A DNA stretch of 64,000 nt, from assembly GCA_964538565.1 (NCBI GenBank), contig CAZIGW010000055.1, positions 1,344-65,343 on the forward strand, given 5' to 3'. Within the stretch, counting starts at the first letter, position 1. Each line of letters begins with the position of its first letter. The position numbers and the translations under genes were made by a program. Positions 1 through 8,457 of the stretch are shown here, one piece after another. The stretch comes from an uncultured Hyphomicrobiales bacterium (GTDB lineage Bacteria; Pseudomonadota; Alphaproteobacteria; Rhizobiales; Xanthobacteraceae). Under the pieces are notes generated by a model. The model was given only the letters and a program-made list of their open reading frames with translations, searched no databases and was not told the origin of the DNA.

Positions 1-165
1 CCCGATGATGGACAGCCCGATGAAGCGCGCCACCGCCGGGATCGCCGCGAGAATCGCCACGTAGTTGGTGAACAGGAACGCCGGATCGCCTGGTTCGCGC
101 TCGATTGCCCGCCATTCGGTTTGCGGCGTCAGCAGGATTGATTTCACGCGCTCGACCACATTCAT
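1..165 (-). CDS. Yip1/DUF1282-family membrane protein, N-terminal fragment (gene runs off the window start)
   Basis: Minus-strand ATG at 165..163, preceded by GGGAGG (revcomp of cctccc 171-176) 5 nt upstream. Translation is MNVVERVKSILLTPQTEWRAIEREPGDPAFLFTNYVAILAAIPAVARFIGLSIIG, typical of Yip1-family N-termini. Not in the ORF track because it is truncated. Confidence 0.5.
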   Translation of the reverse strand, partial: MNVVERVKSILLTPQTEWRAIEREPGDPAFLFTNYVAILAAIPAVARFIGLSIIG

Positions 166-268
166 CCCAGCCTCCCAGTCGTGCGGCCGCATTGGCCTCC
201 GTGGTCCGGAGGGCGAGCGATTTGTGGTGTTTTCGTTGAGCCGCCTCCCCCCGCGACATGTTGGCGCA

Positions 269-1918
269 TCATCCGGACGCGATCAACGCCTTTGCGTCCT
301 CGCGGATCATCGCTGCACCCTTTTCTGCGATCATGATGGTCGGCGAATTGGTGTTGCCGGAGGTGATCGTCGGCATCACCGAGGCATCGACCACCCGCAG
401 CCGATCAAGACCGATGACGCGCAGGCGCTCGTCGACGACGGCGAGCGGATCGCTCGCAAGCCCCATCTTGGCGGTGCCGACGGGATGAAAGATCGTCGTG
501 CCGATGTCGCCGGCGGCGCGCGCGAGCGCAGCGTCATCGCCGTCCGGGGCGGTGTCACGGCCCGGCAGGACCTCGCGCGGCGCGAAGGGCGCGAGCGACG
601 GCTGGGCGGCGATGCGCCGGGCGACGCGGATCGAGTCGGCCGCCACCTGGCGGTCCTCCCCGGTCGAGAGATAGCGCGGCTGGATGCGCGGGGGATCCGC
701 CGGGTCGGGCGAGCGCAGACGAACGTGGCCGCGGCTCGTCGGCTGCAGATTGCAGACGCTCGCCGTGAACGCCGGGAAACGGTGCAGCGGATCGCCGAAC
801 TTGTCCAGCGACAACGGCTGGATGTGGAACTGGATATTGGCGCGCGCCCGCGACGGATCGGACCTTGTGAACAGGCCGAGCTGCGACGGCGCCATGGTCA
901 AGGGGCCGCGGCGGAACAGGAGGTAGTTGAGGCCCATCCCGGCGCGCCCGCGCCAGGAATGATAGACCTCGTTCAAGGTGCGCACACCGCTCACGCGGTA
1001 GATCATGCGCAGCTGTAGGTGATCCTGCAGATTTTCGCCGACGCCCGCCCGTTCCAGCACCACCGGAATGCCGAATCCCTGCAGTTGCGCGCCCGGCCCG
1101 ACGCCGGAGAGCAGCAGCAGCTGCGTCGAGCCGATCGATCCGGCCGCCAGGATCACTTCGCCGCGGCAGCGCGCGCTGCGCGTAACGCCCGCCCGACGCC
1201 AGCGCACGCCGGTTGCGCGCTTTCCCGCGAACGTGACGCCCTCGACAAGACAACCCGTTTCGAGCCGCAGGTTCGGCCGCCGCAGCACCGGCTTGAGAAA
1301 CCCGCGCGCCGCCGACCAGCGCCGGCCGCGCTTCTGGTTGACGTGGAAATAGCTCGAGCCTTCGTTGTCGCCGGTGTTGAAGTCCGCGATCGGCGCGACG
1401 CCGGCTTCGGCGGCGGCGGCCCGGTAGGCGTCGAGGATGTCCCAGCGCAGGCGCGGCGGCTCGATGCGCCATTCGCCGCCGACCGCGTGGTGCTCGCCGG
1501 CCCCGAGGAAATGATCCTCGTGCCGCTTGAAATAGGGCAGCACGTCGTCCCAGCCCCACCCGGTCAACCCGAGCTGGCGCCAATGATCGTAGTCGGCCGC
1601 CTGGCCGCGCATGTAGATCATGGCGTTGATCGCCGAGCATCCGCCGATGACCTTGCCGCGCGGATAGTTGAGGCTGCGTCCGTTGAGCCCCGGTTCCGGC
1701 TCGGTGCGAAAGCACCAGTCGGAACGCGGATTGCCGATGGCGAACAGATAGCCGACCGGGATGTGGAACCAGATCCAGTTGTCGCGCCCGCCGGCTTCGA
1801 GCACCAGCACGCGCGCGTTTGGATCGGCCGAGAGACGGTTGGCGAGCGCGCAGCCCGCCGAGCCGGCCCCCACCACGATGTAGTCGTATTCACCCTCGAT
1901 CTGTCCCGGTCCGTCCAT
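269..1918 (-). CDS. GMC-family FAD oxidoreductase (choline/alcohol dehydrogenase-like)
   Basis: Track ORF 269..2023(-). FAD Rossmann motif YDYIVVGAGSAGCALANRLS follows the internal ATG at 1918. GMC C-terminal motifs HPVGTAKMG and VVDASVMP are present. The 35 upstream codons (non-ATG start) have no support. Confidence 0.9.
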   Translation of the reverse strand: MDGPGQIEGEYDYIVVGAGSAGCALANRLSADPNARVLVLEAGGRDNWIWFHIPVGYLFAIGNPRSDWCFRTEPEPGLNGRSLNYPRGKVIGGCSAINAMIYMRGQAADYDHWRQLGLTGWGWDDVLPYFKRHEDHFLGAGEHHAVGGEWRIEPPRLRWDILDAYRAAAAEAGVAPIADFNTGDNEGSSYFHVNQKRGRRWSAARGFLKPVLRRPNLRLETGCLVEGVTFAGKRATGVRWRRAGVTRSARCRGEVILAAGSIGSTQLLLLSGVGPGAQLQGFGIPVVLERAGVGENLQDHLQLRMIYRVSGVRTLNEVYHSWRGRAGMGLNYLLFRRGPLTMAPSQLGLFTRSDPSRARANIQFHIQPLSLDKFGDPLHRFPAFTASVCNLQPTSRGHVRLRSPDPADPPRIQPRYLSTGEDRQVAADSIRVARRIAAQPSLAPFAPREVLPGRDTAPDGDDAALARAAGDIGTTIFHPVGTAKMGLASDPLAVVDERLRVIGLDRLRVVDASVMPTITSGNTNSPTIMIAEKGAAMIREDAKALIASG

Positions 1919-2185
1919 GGTCGCATGCCTGCTGGAGGGCCGCAGTCTGCGGCTCGCGGGCGAGCCTGGCAATGCCCCCGCGTCTTCGGTGCGTGCCGGC
2001 CGCGCATTTGACCGGCGGCGCAAGCTTGCTAGGATGGGGCTGCGACATGTGGGGTGCCGTAAGCGCCCCGTCTGGTCGCCGCGAGCGATCGATTCGCGGC
2101 CGTCGCGTCATCCGGGATTGTTGGAACCTGCGGATGGGCCGCGCCTGCACGGCGCCGGCGCATCCCGACGCGTGGAGATCTCCTG

Positions 2186-2974
2186 ATGCGCGCACTCGTT
2201 TCCGCGGTGCTTGCCGCCGCCCTTGTGGTCTGTACGGCCGGTGGCACGCCGGGTGTGACCGCCGACCGGCCGTTGCTGATCTTCGCCGCCGCTTCGATGA
2301 AGAACGCGGTCGACGATGTCGACGCGGCCTTCACCAAGAAGACCGGCCTCAAGGTCGTGGCCAGCTACGCGGCAAGCTCGGCCCTGATGAAGCAGATCGA
2401 GCAGGGCGCGCCCGCCGACGTCTTCGCCTCGGCCGACCTCGACTGGATGGACTACGGCTCGCAGCACAAGCTGGTGCAAGACGACACGCGCACCAACCTG
2501 CTCGGCAACCGGCTGGTGCTGATCGCGCCGAAGAGTTCATCGCTCGGAACCGTCGCGATCGGGCCCGGAGTCGATCTCGCCGGGCTCGCCGGCGACGGCC
2601 GGATCGCGACCGGGGACGTGCGCGCCGTACCGGTCTGCAAGTACGCCAAGGCGGCGCTCGAAGCGCTCGGCGTCTGGTCGAAGGCGCAGACGAAGCTCGC
2701 GATGGCGGAAAACGTGCGCGCCGCGCTGACGCTCGTCGCGCGCGGCGAGGCGACGCTCGGCATCGTGTACGAGACCGACGCCAAGGTGGAGCCGAACGTG
2801 AAGATTGTGGGCGTCTTTCCCGACAACTCGCATCCGCCGATCATCTACCCGGTGGCGCTGACCGCGAGCGCGAAACCGGAGGCCCGCCGGTACCTCGAAT
2901 TTCTCCGCTCGCAGGCCGCCAAGACGATCTTCGAGAAGTACGGCTTTTCCGTCCTGCTGCGGCCGACGTCATGA
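2186..2974 (+). CDS. modA: Molybdate ABC transporter periplasmic binding protein
   Basis: ORF 2186..2974. Signal peptide MRALVSAVLAAALVVCTA. ModA-like core LLIFAAASMKNAVDDV and VVASYAASSALMKQIEQGAPADVFASAD. modB and modC lie downstream. Confidence 0.9.
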   Translation: MRALVSAVLAAALVVCTAGGTPGVTADRPLLIFAAASMKNAVDDVDAAFTKKTGLKVVASYAASSALMKQIEQGAPADVFASADLDWMDYGSQHKLVQDDTRTNLLGNRLVLIAPKSSSLGTVAIGPGVDLAGLAGDGRIATGDVRAVPVCKYAKAALEALGVWSKAQTKLAMAENVRAALTLVARGEATLGIVYETDAKVEPNVKIVGVFPDNSHPPIIYPVALTASAKPEARRYLEFLRSQAAKTIFEKYGFSVLLRPTS

Positions 2975-3072
2975 CCGGACGTCCGTCGAAGGGTCCTGAT
3001 GCGGAGCTGCCTCGTGTTGCGCAGCCGGCGATATGATCGGCTTGCTCGGATCGGCCACGCGCGCTGCGTGCG

Positions 3073-3148
3073 CCCTCGCCCCGGCGGGGAGAGGGCCTGC
3101 GCCTCACCCGGCTCGCTGCGCTCGCCGACCTCTCCCAACGGGAGAGGT
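3073..3148. repeat. REP-like pair of GC-rich hairpins in the modA-modB spacer
   Basis: Hairpin 1, 3073-3095: CCCTCgCCCC-GGC-GGGGaGAGGG (one mismatch). Hairpin 2, 3128-3148: ACCTCTCCC-AAC-GGGAGAGGT (perfect 9 bp). The GGGAGAGG/CCTCTCCC motif type is common in Rhizobiales intergenic repeats (from memory; not searchable here). Confidence 0.5.
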
Positions 3149-3201
3149 GATTCCCCGCGGCTGCATCCCGTCGTCACAGCAGGCGACTGCGCCTCGGAAG
3201 G

Positions 3202-3909
3202 GTGACGGCGGCCGTGCTCGAACTCTCTCCGGACGAATGGACCGCTCTGCAGCTGTCGCTGCGGATCGCGCTCGTCGCCACCGCCAGCGCGCTGCCGTTC
3301 GGCATCGCCGTCGCGTGGCTGCTCGCGCGCAAGTCCTTCTGGGGCAAGTCGCTGCTCGACGGGCTCGTGCATCTGCCGCTCGTTCTGCCGCCCGTCGTCA
3401 CCGGCTATCTGCTGCTCGTCGTGTTCGGCCGCAAGGCGCCGGTCGGCGCGTTCCTCGCCGACACGTTCGGCATCGTGTTCTCGTTCCGCTGGACCGGAGC
3501 GGCGCTCGCCTGCGGCGTCATGGGTTTCCCGCTGCTGGTGCGCGCCGTACGGCTGTCGATCGAGGCGATCGACCGCAAGCTCGAAGGCGCGGCGGCGACG
3601 CTCGGCGCGAACCGCTTCTGGGTCTTCGCGACCGTCACGCTGCCGCTCGCGCTGCCCGGGATCATCGCCGGAATCGTGCTGTGCTTCGCCAAGGCGCTCG
3701 GCGAGTTCGGCGCCACCATCACGTTCGTGTCCAACATTCCGGGCGAGACGCAGACGCTGTCGGCCGCGATCTACACCTACACGCAGGTGCCGGCCGGCGA
3801 CGCGGCGGCGCTGCGCCTCGTGCTGGTGGCGATCGCGCTCTCGATGCTCGCGCTCGTCGCCTCCGAATGGCTGGCGCGGCGCGCCGGCGCGCGCATCCAT
3901 GGAGAATAG
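3202..3909 (+). CDS. modB: Molybdate ABC transporter permease
   Basis: ORF 3202..3909 (GTG start; an alternative GTG lies at 3214). N-terminus LSPDEWTALQLSLRIA resembles the ModB N-terminus. Permease EAA-type loop EGAAATLGANRFWVFATVTLPLALPG. Multi-TM. Confidence 0.9.
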   Translation: MTAAVLELSPDEWTALQLSLRIALVATASALPFGIAVAWLLARKSFWGKSLLDGLVHLPLVLPPVVTGYLLLVVFGRKAPVGAFLADTFGIVFSFRWTGAALACGVMGFPLLVRAVRLSIEAIDRKLEGAAATLGANRFWVFATVTLPLALPGIIAGIVLCFAKALGEFGATITFVSNIPGETQTLSAAIYTYTQVPAGDAAALRLVLVAIALSMLALVASEWLARRAGARIHGE

Positions 3910-3910
3910 G

Positions 3911-4597
3911 ATGCTCGAGGTCGACGTCGAAAAACGCCTCGGCGACTTCGCCCTGACCGCCAAGTTCGCGACGAAGGGCGGCGTCACCGCGCTGTTCGGC
4001 CCGTCGGGCGCCGGCAAGTCGACGATCGTCAATCTGGTCGCCGGCCTGCTCACGCCGGAGCGCGGCCGCATCGTGCTCGGCGACACGGTGCTGTTCGACG
4101 GAGCGGTGAAGATCAACGTGCCGCCGTACCGACGCCGCATCGGCTGCGTCTTCCAGGAGGGACGGCTGTTTCCCCACCTGTCGGTGCGCCGCAACCTCGA
4201 CTACGGCCGGTTCATGTGCGGACTTGCGCGCGACGAACAGGTCGAGCGTCACGTCATCGGGCTTCTCGACATCGGCCATCTCCTGGACCGCCGGCCGGGC
4301 CGGCTCTCGGGCGGCGAACGCCAGCGCGTCGCCATCGGGCGTGCGCTTCTGATGCGTCCGCGCCTCCTGCTGCTCGACGAGCCGCTCGCGTCGCTCGATG
4401 CGGCGCGCAAGCGCGAGATCCTGCCCTACCTGCTGCGGTTGCGCGACGAGGGCGGCGTGCCGATGATCTACGTCAGCCACGAGCCGGCAGAAGTGAAGCG
4501 CATCGCCACCGCGGTCGTCCGCGTCGAGGACGGGCGCGTCGTGGCGACCGGCGGCCTCGACCTGCTTCAAGCCGCGACCGCCGACATGCTGGCATAG
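3911..4597 (+). CDS. modC: Molybdate ABC transporter ATP-binding protein, short form without C-terminal TOBE/Mop domain
   Basis: Track ORF 3899..4597. The second ATG (3911) has GGAGAA 4 nt upstream and lies just after the modB stop (3907-3909). Walker A GPSGAGKST, signature LSGGERQRVAIGRAL, Walker B LLLLDEP. Confidence 0.88.
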   Translation: MLEVDVEKRLGDFALTAKFATKGGVTALFGPSGAGKSTIVNLVAGLLTPERGRIVLGDTVLFDGAVKINVPPYRRRIGCVFQEGRLFPHLSVRRNLDYGRFMCGLARDEQVERHVIGLLDIGHLLDRRPGRLSGGERQRVAIGRALLMRPRLLLLDEPLASLDAARKREILPYLLRLRDEGGVPMIYVSHEPAEVKRIATAVVRVEDGRVVATGGLDLLQAATADMLA

Positions 4598-4643
4598 CCT
4601 GTCGCCGAACGTCGTTCCCGCGCCCGAAGCCCAGGTCGGCACC

Positions 4644-5465
4644 ATGTTCCCGCCCGAACGCATCGTCTGCCTGACTGAAGAGACCGTCGAAACGCTCTAT
4701 CTCCTCGGCGAGGAGCGGCGGATCGTCGGCGTCTCCGGCTATGCGGTGCGTCCCGCGCGGGTGCGGCGCGAGAAGCCGCGCGTCTGCGCCTTCATCACGG
4801 CGGACTTCGAGAAGATCCTGGCGCTCGCGCCCGATCTGGTGCTGACGTTCTCCGATCTGCAGGCCGACATCGTCGCCGAGCTCATCCGCCGTGGCGTCGC
4901 GGTGCACGCGTTCAACCAGCGCACGCTCCCCGGCATCTTCGCGATGATCCGCACGCTCGGCGCGCTCGTCGGCGCGCCCGGGAAGGCGCAGGCGCTCGCC
5001 GCGTCGCTCGAATCCCGCCTTGCCGACGTGCGCCGGCGCGCTGCGCTGCGATCGCCGCGTCCGCGAATCTATTTCGAGGAATGGGACGAGCCGATGATCT
5101 CGGGCATCGGCTGGGTGTCGGAGCTCGTCGAGGCGGCCGGCGGGATCGACGTGTTCGCGGGGCTCGCCGGGCGTAAGAGCGCGAGCGAGCGCATCGTCAC
5201 CCCCGAGGAGGTGATCGCCGCGCGGCCCGACATCATCATCGGCTCGTGGTGCGGCAAGAAGTTCGTGCCGCCGAAGGTCGCGGCGCGGCCGGGCTTCGCA
5301 CAGGTGCCGGCCGTGCGCGAGGGCTGGCTGCGGGAGATCAAATCGCCGCTGATCCTGCAGCCGGGTCCGGCCGCATTGACCGACGGTCTCGACCAGCTCG
5401 TGCGCATCATCGAGGACTGGCACGCGGCCGCAGAGGCGAGCGATCAGCGGCGCGGCGCCGGCTGA
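4644..5465 (+). CDS. TroA/BtuF-like (class III) substrate-binding-fold protein lacking a signal peptide
   Basis: ORF 4644..5465. Motifs RIVCLTEETVETLYLLGE, LAPDLVLTFSDLQ and RPDIIIGSWCG resemble cobalamin/iron-siderophore binding proteins. The N-terminus MFPPERIVCL has no hydrophobic leader. Confidence 0.7.
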   Translation: MFPPERIVCLTEETVETLYLLGEERRIVGVSGYAVRPARVRREKPRVCAFITADFEKILALAPDLVLTFSDLQADIVAELIRRGVAVHAFNQRTLPGIFAMIRTLGALVGAPGKAQALAASLESRLADVRRRAALRSPRPRIYFEEWDEPMISGIGWVSELVEAAGGIDVFAGLAGRKSASERIVTPEEVIAARPDIIIGSWCGKKFVPPKVAARPGFAQVPAVREGWLREIKSPLILQPGPAALTDGLDQLVRIIEDWHAAAEASDQRRGAG

Positions 5466-6316
5466 TCCGGCAGCGCCGCCATGACGCCTCCGAGATATTC
5501 GAGCGCCGCGACCGCGGCCGGCCCGCCGCACAGCGTATAGCGCGTCGGCAGCGCGATCCGGCGCTGCTGAGGATAAAGCGCCTTGAGCGCCGGATGCGTG
5601 AAGAGAAGCGCGCCCTGGTCCTCCGTCTCCGACGGCGGATCCTTGAAGAACATCAGGTCGGGGTCGAGCAGCAGCAGGCGTTCGAGCGAGACATATCCGC
5701 CGTTGCCGCCGGGACTGCCGGGCGGCGGATGCAGCCCCGCCTCCGCCAGCACGGCTGCCGCGAGGCTCGCGGTCCCGGCGGTGAAGCCGCCGCGCTCGAC
5801 GACGAGCGCCGTCGAAAAGGCCGGCCGCCGCAGCGCCGCGAGCCGGGCGCGCGCCCGATCGAGCCGGCCGACCAGCGCCTCGCCCCGATCCGGGTGACCG
5901 AGCAGCGCCGCGACCTCGCGGATCTGCGCGCGCGCGGCGTCGAGATCGTCGACAAGCGCGATGTCCACGACCGGCACGCCGAGCGAGCTCAGCAGCTGGC
6001 GCGTCACCGGCCGGTCCCAGGGTCCGACCAGCACCAGATCGGGCTCGAGCGGCAGGACCGACTCGGCCTGCCATTCGAGCCGGCGGAACTTTCGCGCCTC
6101 GACGGCCACGACCGACAGGCGCGGATCGGTCGCGTAGGGCGACAGTCCGGCGATCTGCTGCGGATCGGCGAGCGCGACGACAAGCTGGTCGGCGCAGATG
6201 TTGAAGGAGACGACGCGACGCGGCGCCGCCGCCCCGGCCGACACCGGCAGGCCCGCGGCGAGCGCAAGGCACGCCGCCGCAATCCTCACACCGGCTTTGC
6301 GCCGCCAGAGCGTCAT
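5444..6316 (-). CDS. Periplasmic binding protein of a FecCD/BtuCD-type (iron-siderophore/haem/cobalamin) ABC importer
   Basis: Track ORF 5444..6334(-). Start moved to ATG 6316 (AAGGGA upstream). Signal peptide MTLWRRKAGVRIAAACLALAAGLPVSAGAA. Motifs RVVSFNICADQLV and EPDLVLVG. The 3' end overlaps the convergent gene by 22 nt. Confidence 0.8.
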   Translation of the reverse strand: MTLWRRKAGVRIAAACLALAAGLPVSAGAAAPRRVVSFNICADQLVVALADPQQIAGLSPYATDPRLSVVAVEARKFRRLEWQAESVLPLEPDLVLVGPWDRPVTRQLLSSLGVPVVDIALVDDLDAARAQIREVAALLGHPDRGEALVGRLDRARARLAALRRPAFSTALVVERGGFTAGTASLAAAVLAEAGLHPPPGSPGGNGGYVSLERLLLLDPDLMFFKDPPSETEDQGALLFTHPALKALYPQQRRIALPTRYTLCGGPAAVAALEYLGGVMAALPDQPAPRR

Positions 6317-6402
6317 CCAGCATCGTCCCTTCACGCCGAATTAGCCGCCGACCGCATTGGACCGCAAGCCGGAACCCTGTAGGAAGACGCCCGGAGAGGA
6401 CG

Positions 6403-7413
6403 ATGGCACCCCGAACATCCGGCCGGCGCCTCACGCTGGCGCTGGCGCTGCTCATTGGCCTGCTGATGGTGGTTTCGCTCTCGGTCGGTCCCGCGGGCCT
6501 CTCGCCGCGCGCGGCGATTGCCGGCTTGATCGACGGTCAGGGCCCCGCCGGCATCATCGTGCGCGACATCCGACTGCCGCGCACCCTGCTTGCCGTGCTG
6601 ATCGGCGCGACGCTCGGGCTTTCGGGCGCGGCGCTGCAAGGGCTCCTGCGCAATCCGCTCGCCGAGCCCGCCTTGTTCGGCGCCCCGCAGGCCGCCGCCG
6701 CCGCGGCCTCCACCCTCATCGGCTTCGGCCTCGCCTCGGCGACGTCGTTTGCGGTGCCGCTCGCCGGCATCGCGGGTGCGCTCGTCTCGATCGGCGGTCT
6801 CGTCGCGATCGCGGGCCGGCGGGCAAGCCTGACCGTGACCCTGCTCGCCGGCCTCGCGCTTGCGAGCTTCGCGGGCGCGGCGACGGCGCTCGCGCTCAAC
6901 CTCGCGCCCAACCCGTACGCGGCGCTCGAGATCGCGTTCTGGCTGCTCGGCTCGCTCGAAGACCGCAGCAGCGACCATCTCTTCATCGCGACGCCGTTCT
7001 TCGTCGCGAGCTGGATCCTGCTCGCCTGGAACGCGCGCGCCTACCGGGCGCTCACGCTCGGCGAAGACGCCGCGCAGTCGCTCGGCGTCGACATCGGCCG
7101 CACGCGGATGACGGTGGTGACCGGCGTCGCGCTCGGCGTCGGCGCGGCCGTCGCGGTCGCCGGATCGATCGGGTTCATCGGTCTTGTCGCGCCGCATCTC
7201 GTGCGACGCGCCGTGGGTTCCGATCCGGCGCGTGTCCTGCTGCCCGGCACGCTCGTGGGCGCGGCGCTGCTGATCGCGGCGGACATCGCGGTGCGGATCG
7301 TTCCGGCCGCGGTCGAGCTCAAGGTCGGCGTCGTCACCGCACTCATCGGCGTGCCGTTCTTCCTCGCCATGATCTTCGCCGAGCGGCGCACGCTCGAAGG
7401 GACGCCGTCGTGA
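6403..7413 (+). CDS. FecCD/BtuC-family ABC permease
   Basis: ORF 6403..7413 with GGAGAGGA SD. Hallmark DIRLPRTLLAVLIGATLGLSGAALQGLLRNPLAEP. About 9 TM segments. Confidence 0.9.
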   Translation: MAPRTSGRRLTLALALLIGLLMVVSLSVGPAGLSPRAAIAGLIDGQGPAGIIVRDIRLPRTLLAVLIGATLGLSGAALQGLLRNPLAEPALFGAPQAAAAAASTLIGFGLASATSFAVPLAGIAGALVSIGGLVAIAGRRASLTVTLLAGLALASFAGAATALALNLAPNPYAALEIAFWLLGSLEDRSSDHLFIATPFFVASWILLAWNARAYRALTLGEDAAQSLGVDIGRTRMTVVTGVALGVGAAVAVAGSIGFIGLVAPHLVRRAVGSDPARVLLPGTLVGAALLIAADIAVRIVPAAVELKVGVVTALIGVPFFLAMIFAERRTLEGTPS

Positions 7414-8195
7414 CCGCCGCCGTGCCGCGGGCGCTGATCGCCGAGCATGTCGGGGCGGAACTGTCCGGCCGCACCGTGATCGAGGACGTATCGCTCACGC
7501 TGCGACGCGGCCGCCTCCTCGCCCTGCTCGGGCCGAACGGCGCGGGCAAGACCACGCTGGTGCGCGCGCTCGTCGGGCTCCTGCCGGCGCACGGCAGCAT
7601 CCGGCTCGACGACCAGCCGATGGCCAATCTCTCGCCACGTCAGCGCGCGCGCACGATCGCCTATCTGCCGCAGGGCCACACCTTCGCCTGGCCGATGCCG
7701 GTCGCCTCCGTCGTCGCGCTCGGACGCATCGCGCACGCCGATCCGTTCTCGCCGCCGAGCGCGGCCGACGCAGCGGCGGTGCGCAAGGCGCTGGCGTCGA
7801 CCGCGACGGAGGCGCTCGCGGAGCGGCCGGTGACCGCCCTGTCCGGCGGCGAGCGCGCCCGCGTCGCGCTCGCCCGTGCGCTCGCGGCCGAAGCACCCTT
7901 CCTGCTCGCCGACGAGCCGACCGTGTCGCTCGATCCGCGCCATCAGCTCGTGGTGATGGAACTGCTGCGGCAGGCGGCGCGCGGCGGCACGGCGGTGCTC
8001 GTCGTCGTGCACGATCTCGCGCTCGCGGCACGCTTCGCGGACTCCCTCGTGCTGATGGCGAACGGACGCATCGTCGCCGACGGCCCGCCGCAACGTACGC
8101 TGACGCCGGAGCGGATCGCGGCCGTGTTCGGCGTCGAGGCCTCGACGATCGCCACCGAGTTCGGACAGATGCCGGTCGTGCAGCGGCCGCTGTGA
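7410..8195 (+). CDS. ABC ATP-binding protein of the FecCD-type importer
   Basis: In-frame tail of track ORF 6357..8195. GTG 7410 overlaps the permease stop (GTGA). Walker [10 protein letters not shown], signature [15 protein letters not shown], Walker B FLLADEP. Confidence 0.88.
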   Translation: MTAAVPRALIAEHVGAELSGRTVIEDVSLTLRRGRLLALLGPNGAGKTTLVRALVGLLPAHGSIRLDDQPMANLSPRQRARTIAYLPQGHTFAWPMPVASVVALGRIAHADPFSPPSAADAAAVRKALASTATEALAERPVTALSGGERARVALARALAAEAPFLLADEPTVSLDPRHQLVVMELLRQAARGGTAVLVVVHDLALAARFADSLVLMANGRIVADGPPQRTLTPERIAAVFGVEASTIATEFGQMPVVQRPL

Positions 8196-8457
8196 ACGCG
8201 CGATCCGCGCTCGCGCCGAGTGCGGCGTGGCGGAGGCCGGAATCGCGGAGGCATCCGTTGCCGCCGAACGCCCCGCGACAGCAAGCCGCTGCTCGTCCGC
8301 GGCGCATCTGAAAAAGAACATTTTTTTGCAACCGGATTCGGCTTCCGGCGCTTGTCATCCGCCTTCGACTCCGCAACGCTGCCGGAGCCGAGGCGCCGTT
8401 CGGAACAACTTTCGGAATTTCCGGCTGGCTGATGTTCGATCAAATTGGGGAGAGCGT

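Noticed and set aside
65-2023. Several 300-390-aa ORFs overlapping the GMC oxidoreductase (65..1018+, 555..1715-, 1019..2011+), and the 35-codon N-terminal extension of the GMC ORF
   Set aside because: All are Arg/Ala/Gly/Pro-rich without motifs and overlap a gene with a clear FAD Rossmann motif. The Rossmann motif must sit at the very N-terminus, which fixes the start at 1918.
1919-2185. Looked for a ModE operator or a Moco riboswitch upstream of modA
   Set aside because: I found only a weak inverted repeat, CCGCGA-N9-TCGCGG, at 2079-2099. There was no AT-rich ModE-type box and nothing I could confidently match to the Moco RNA motif by eye. An Infernal scan would be needed.
4598-6402. Looked for a cobalamin riboswitch associated with the BtuF-like and FecCD-type genes
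   Set aside because: The available non-coding spaces (4598-4643 and 6317-6402) are far too short for a B12 element of about 200 nt. I saw no B12-box-like GCCACTG core.
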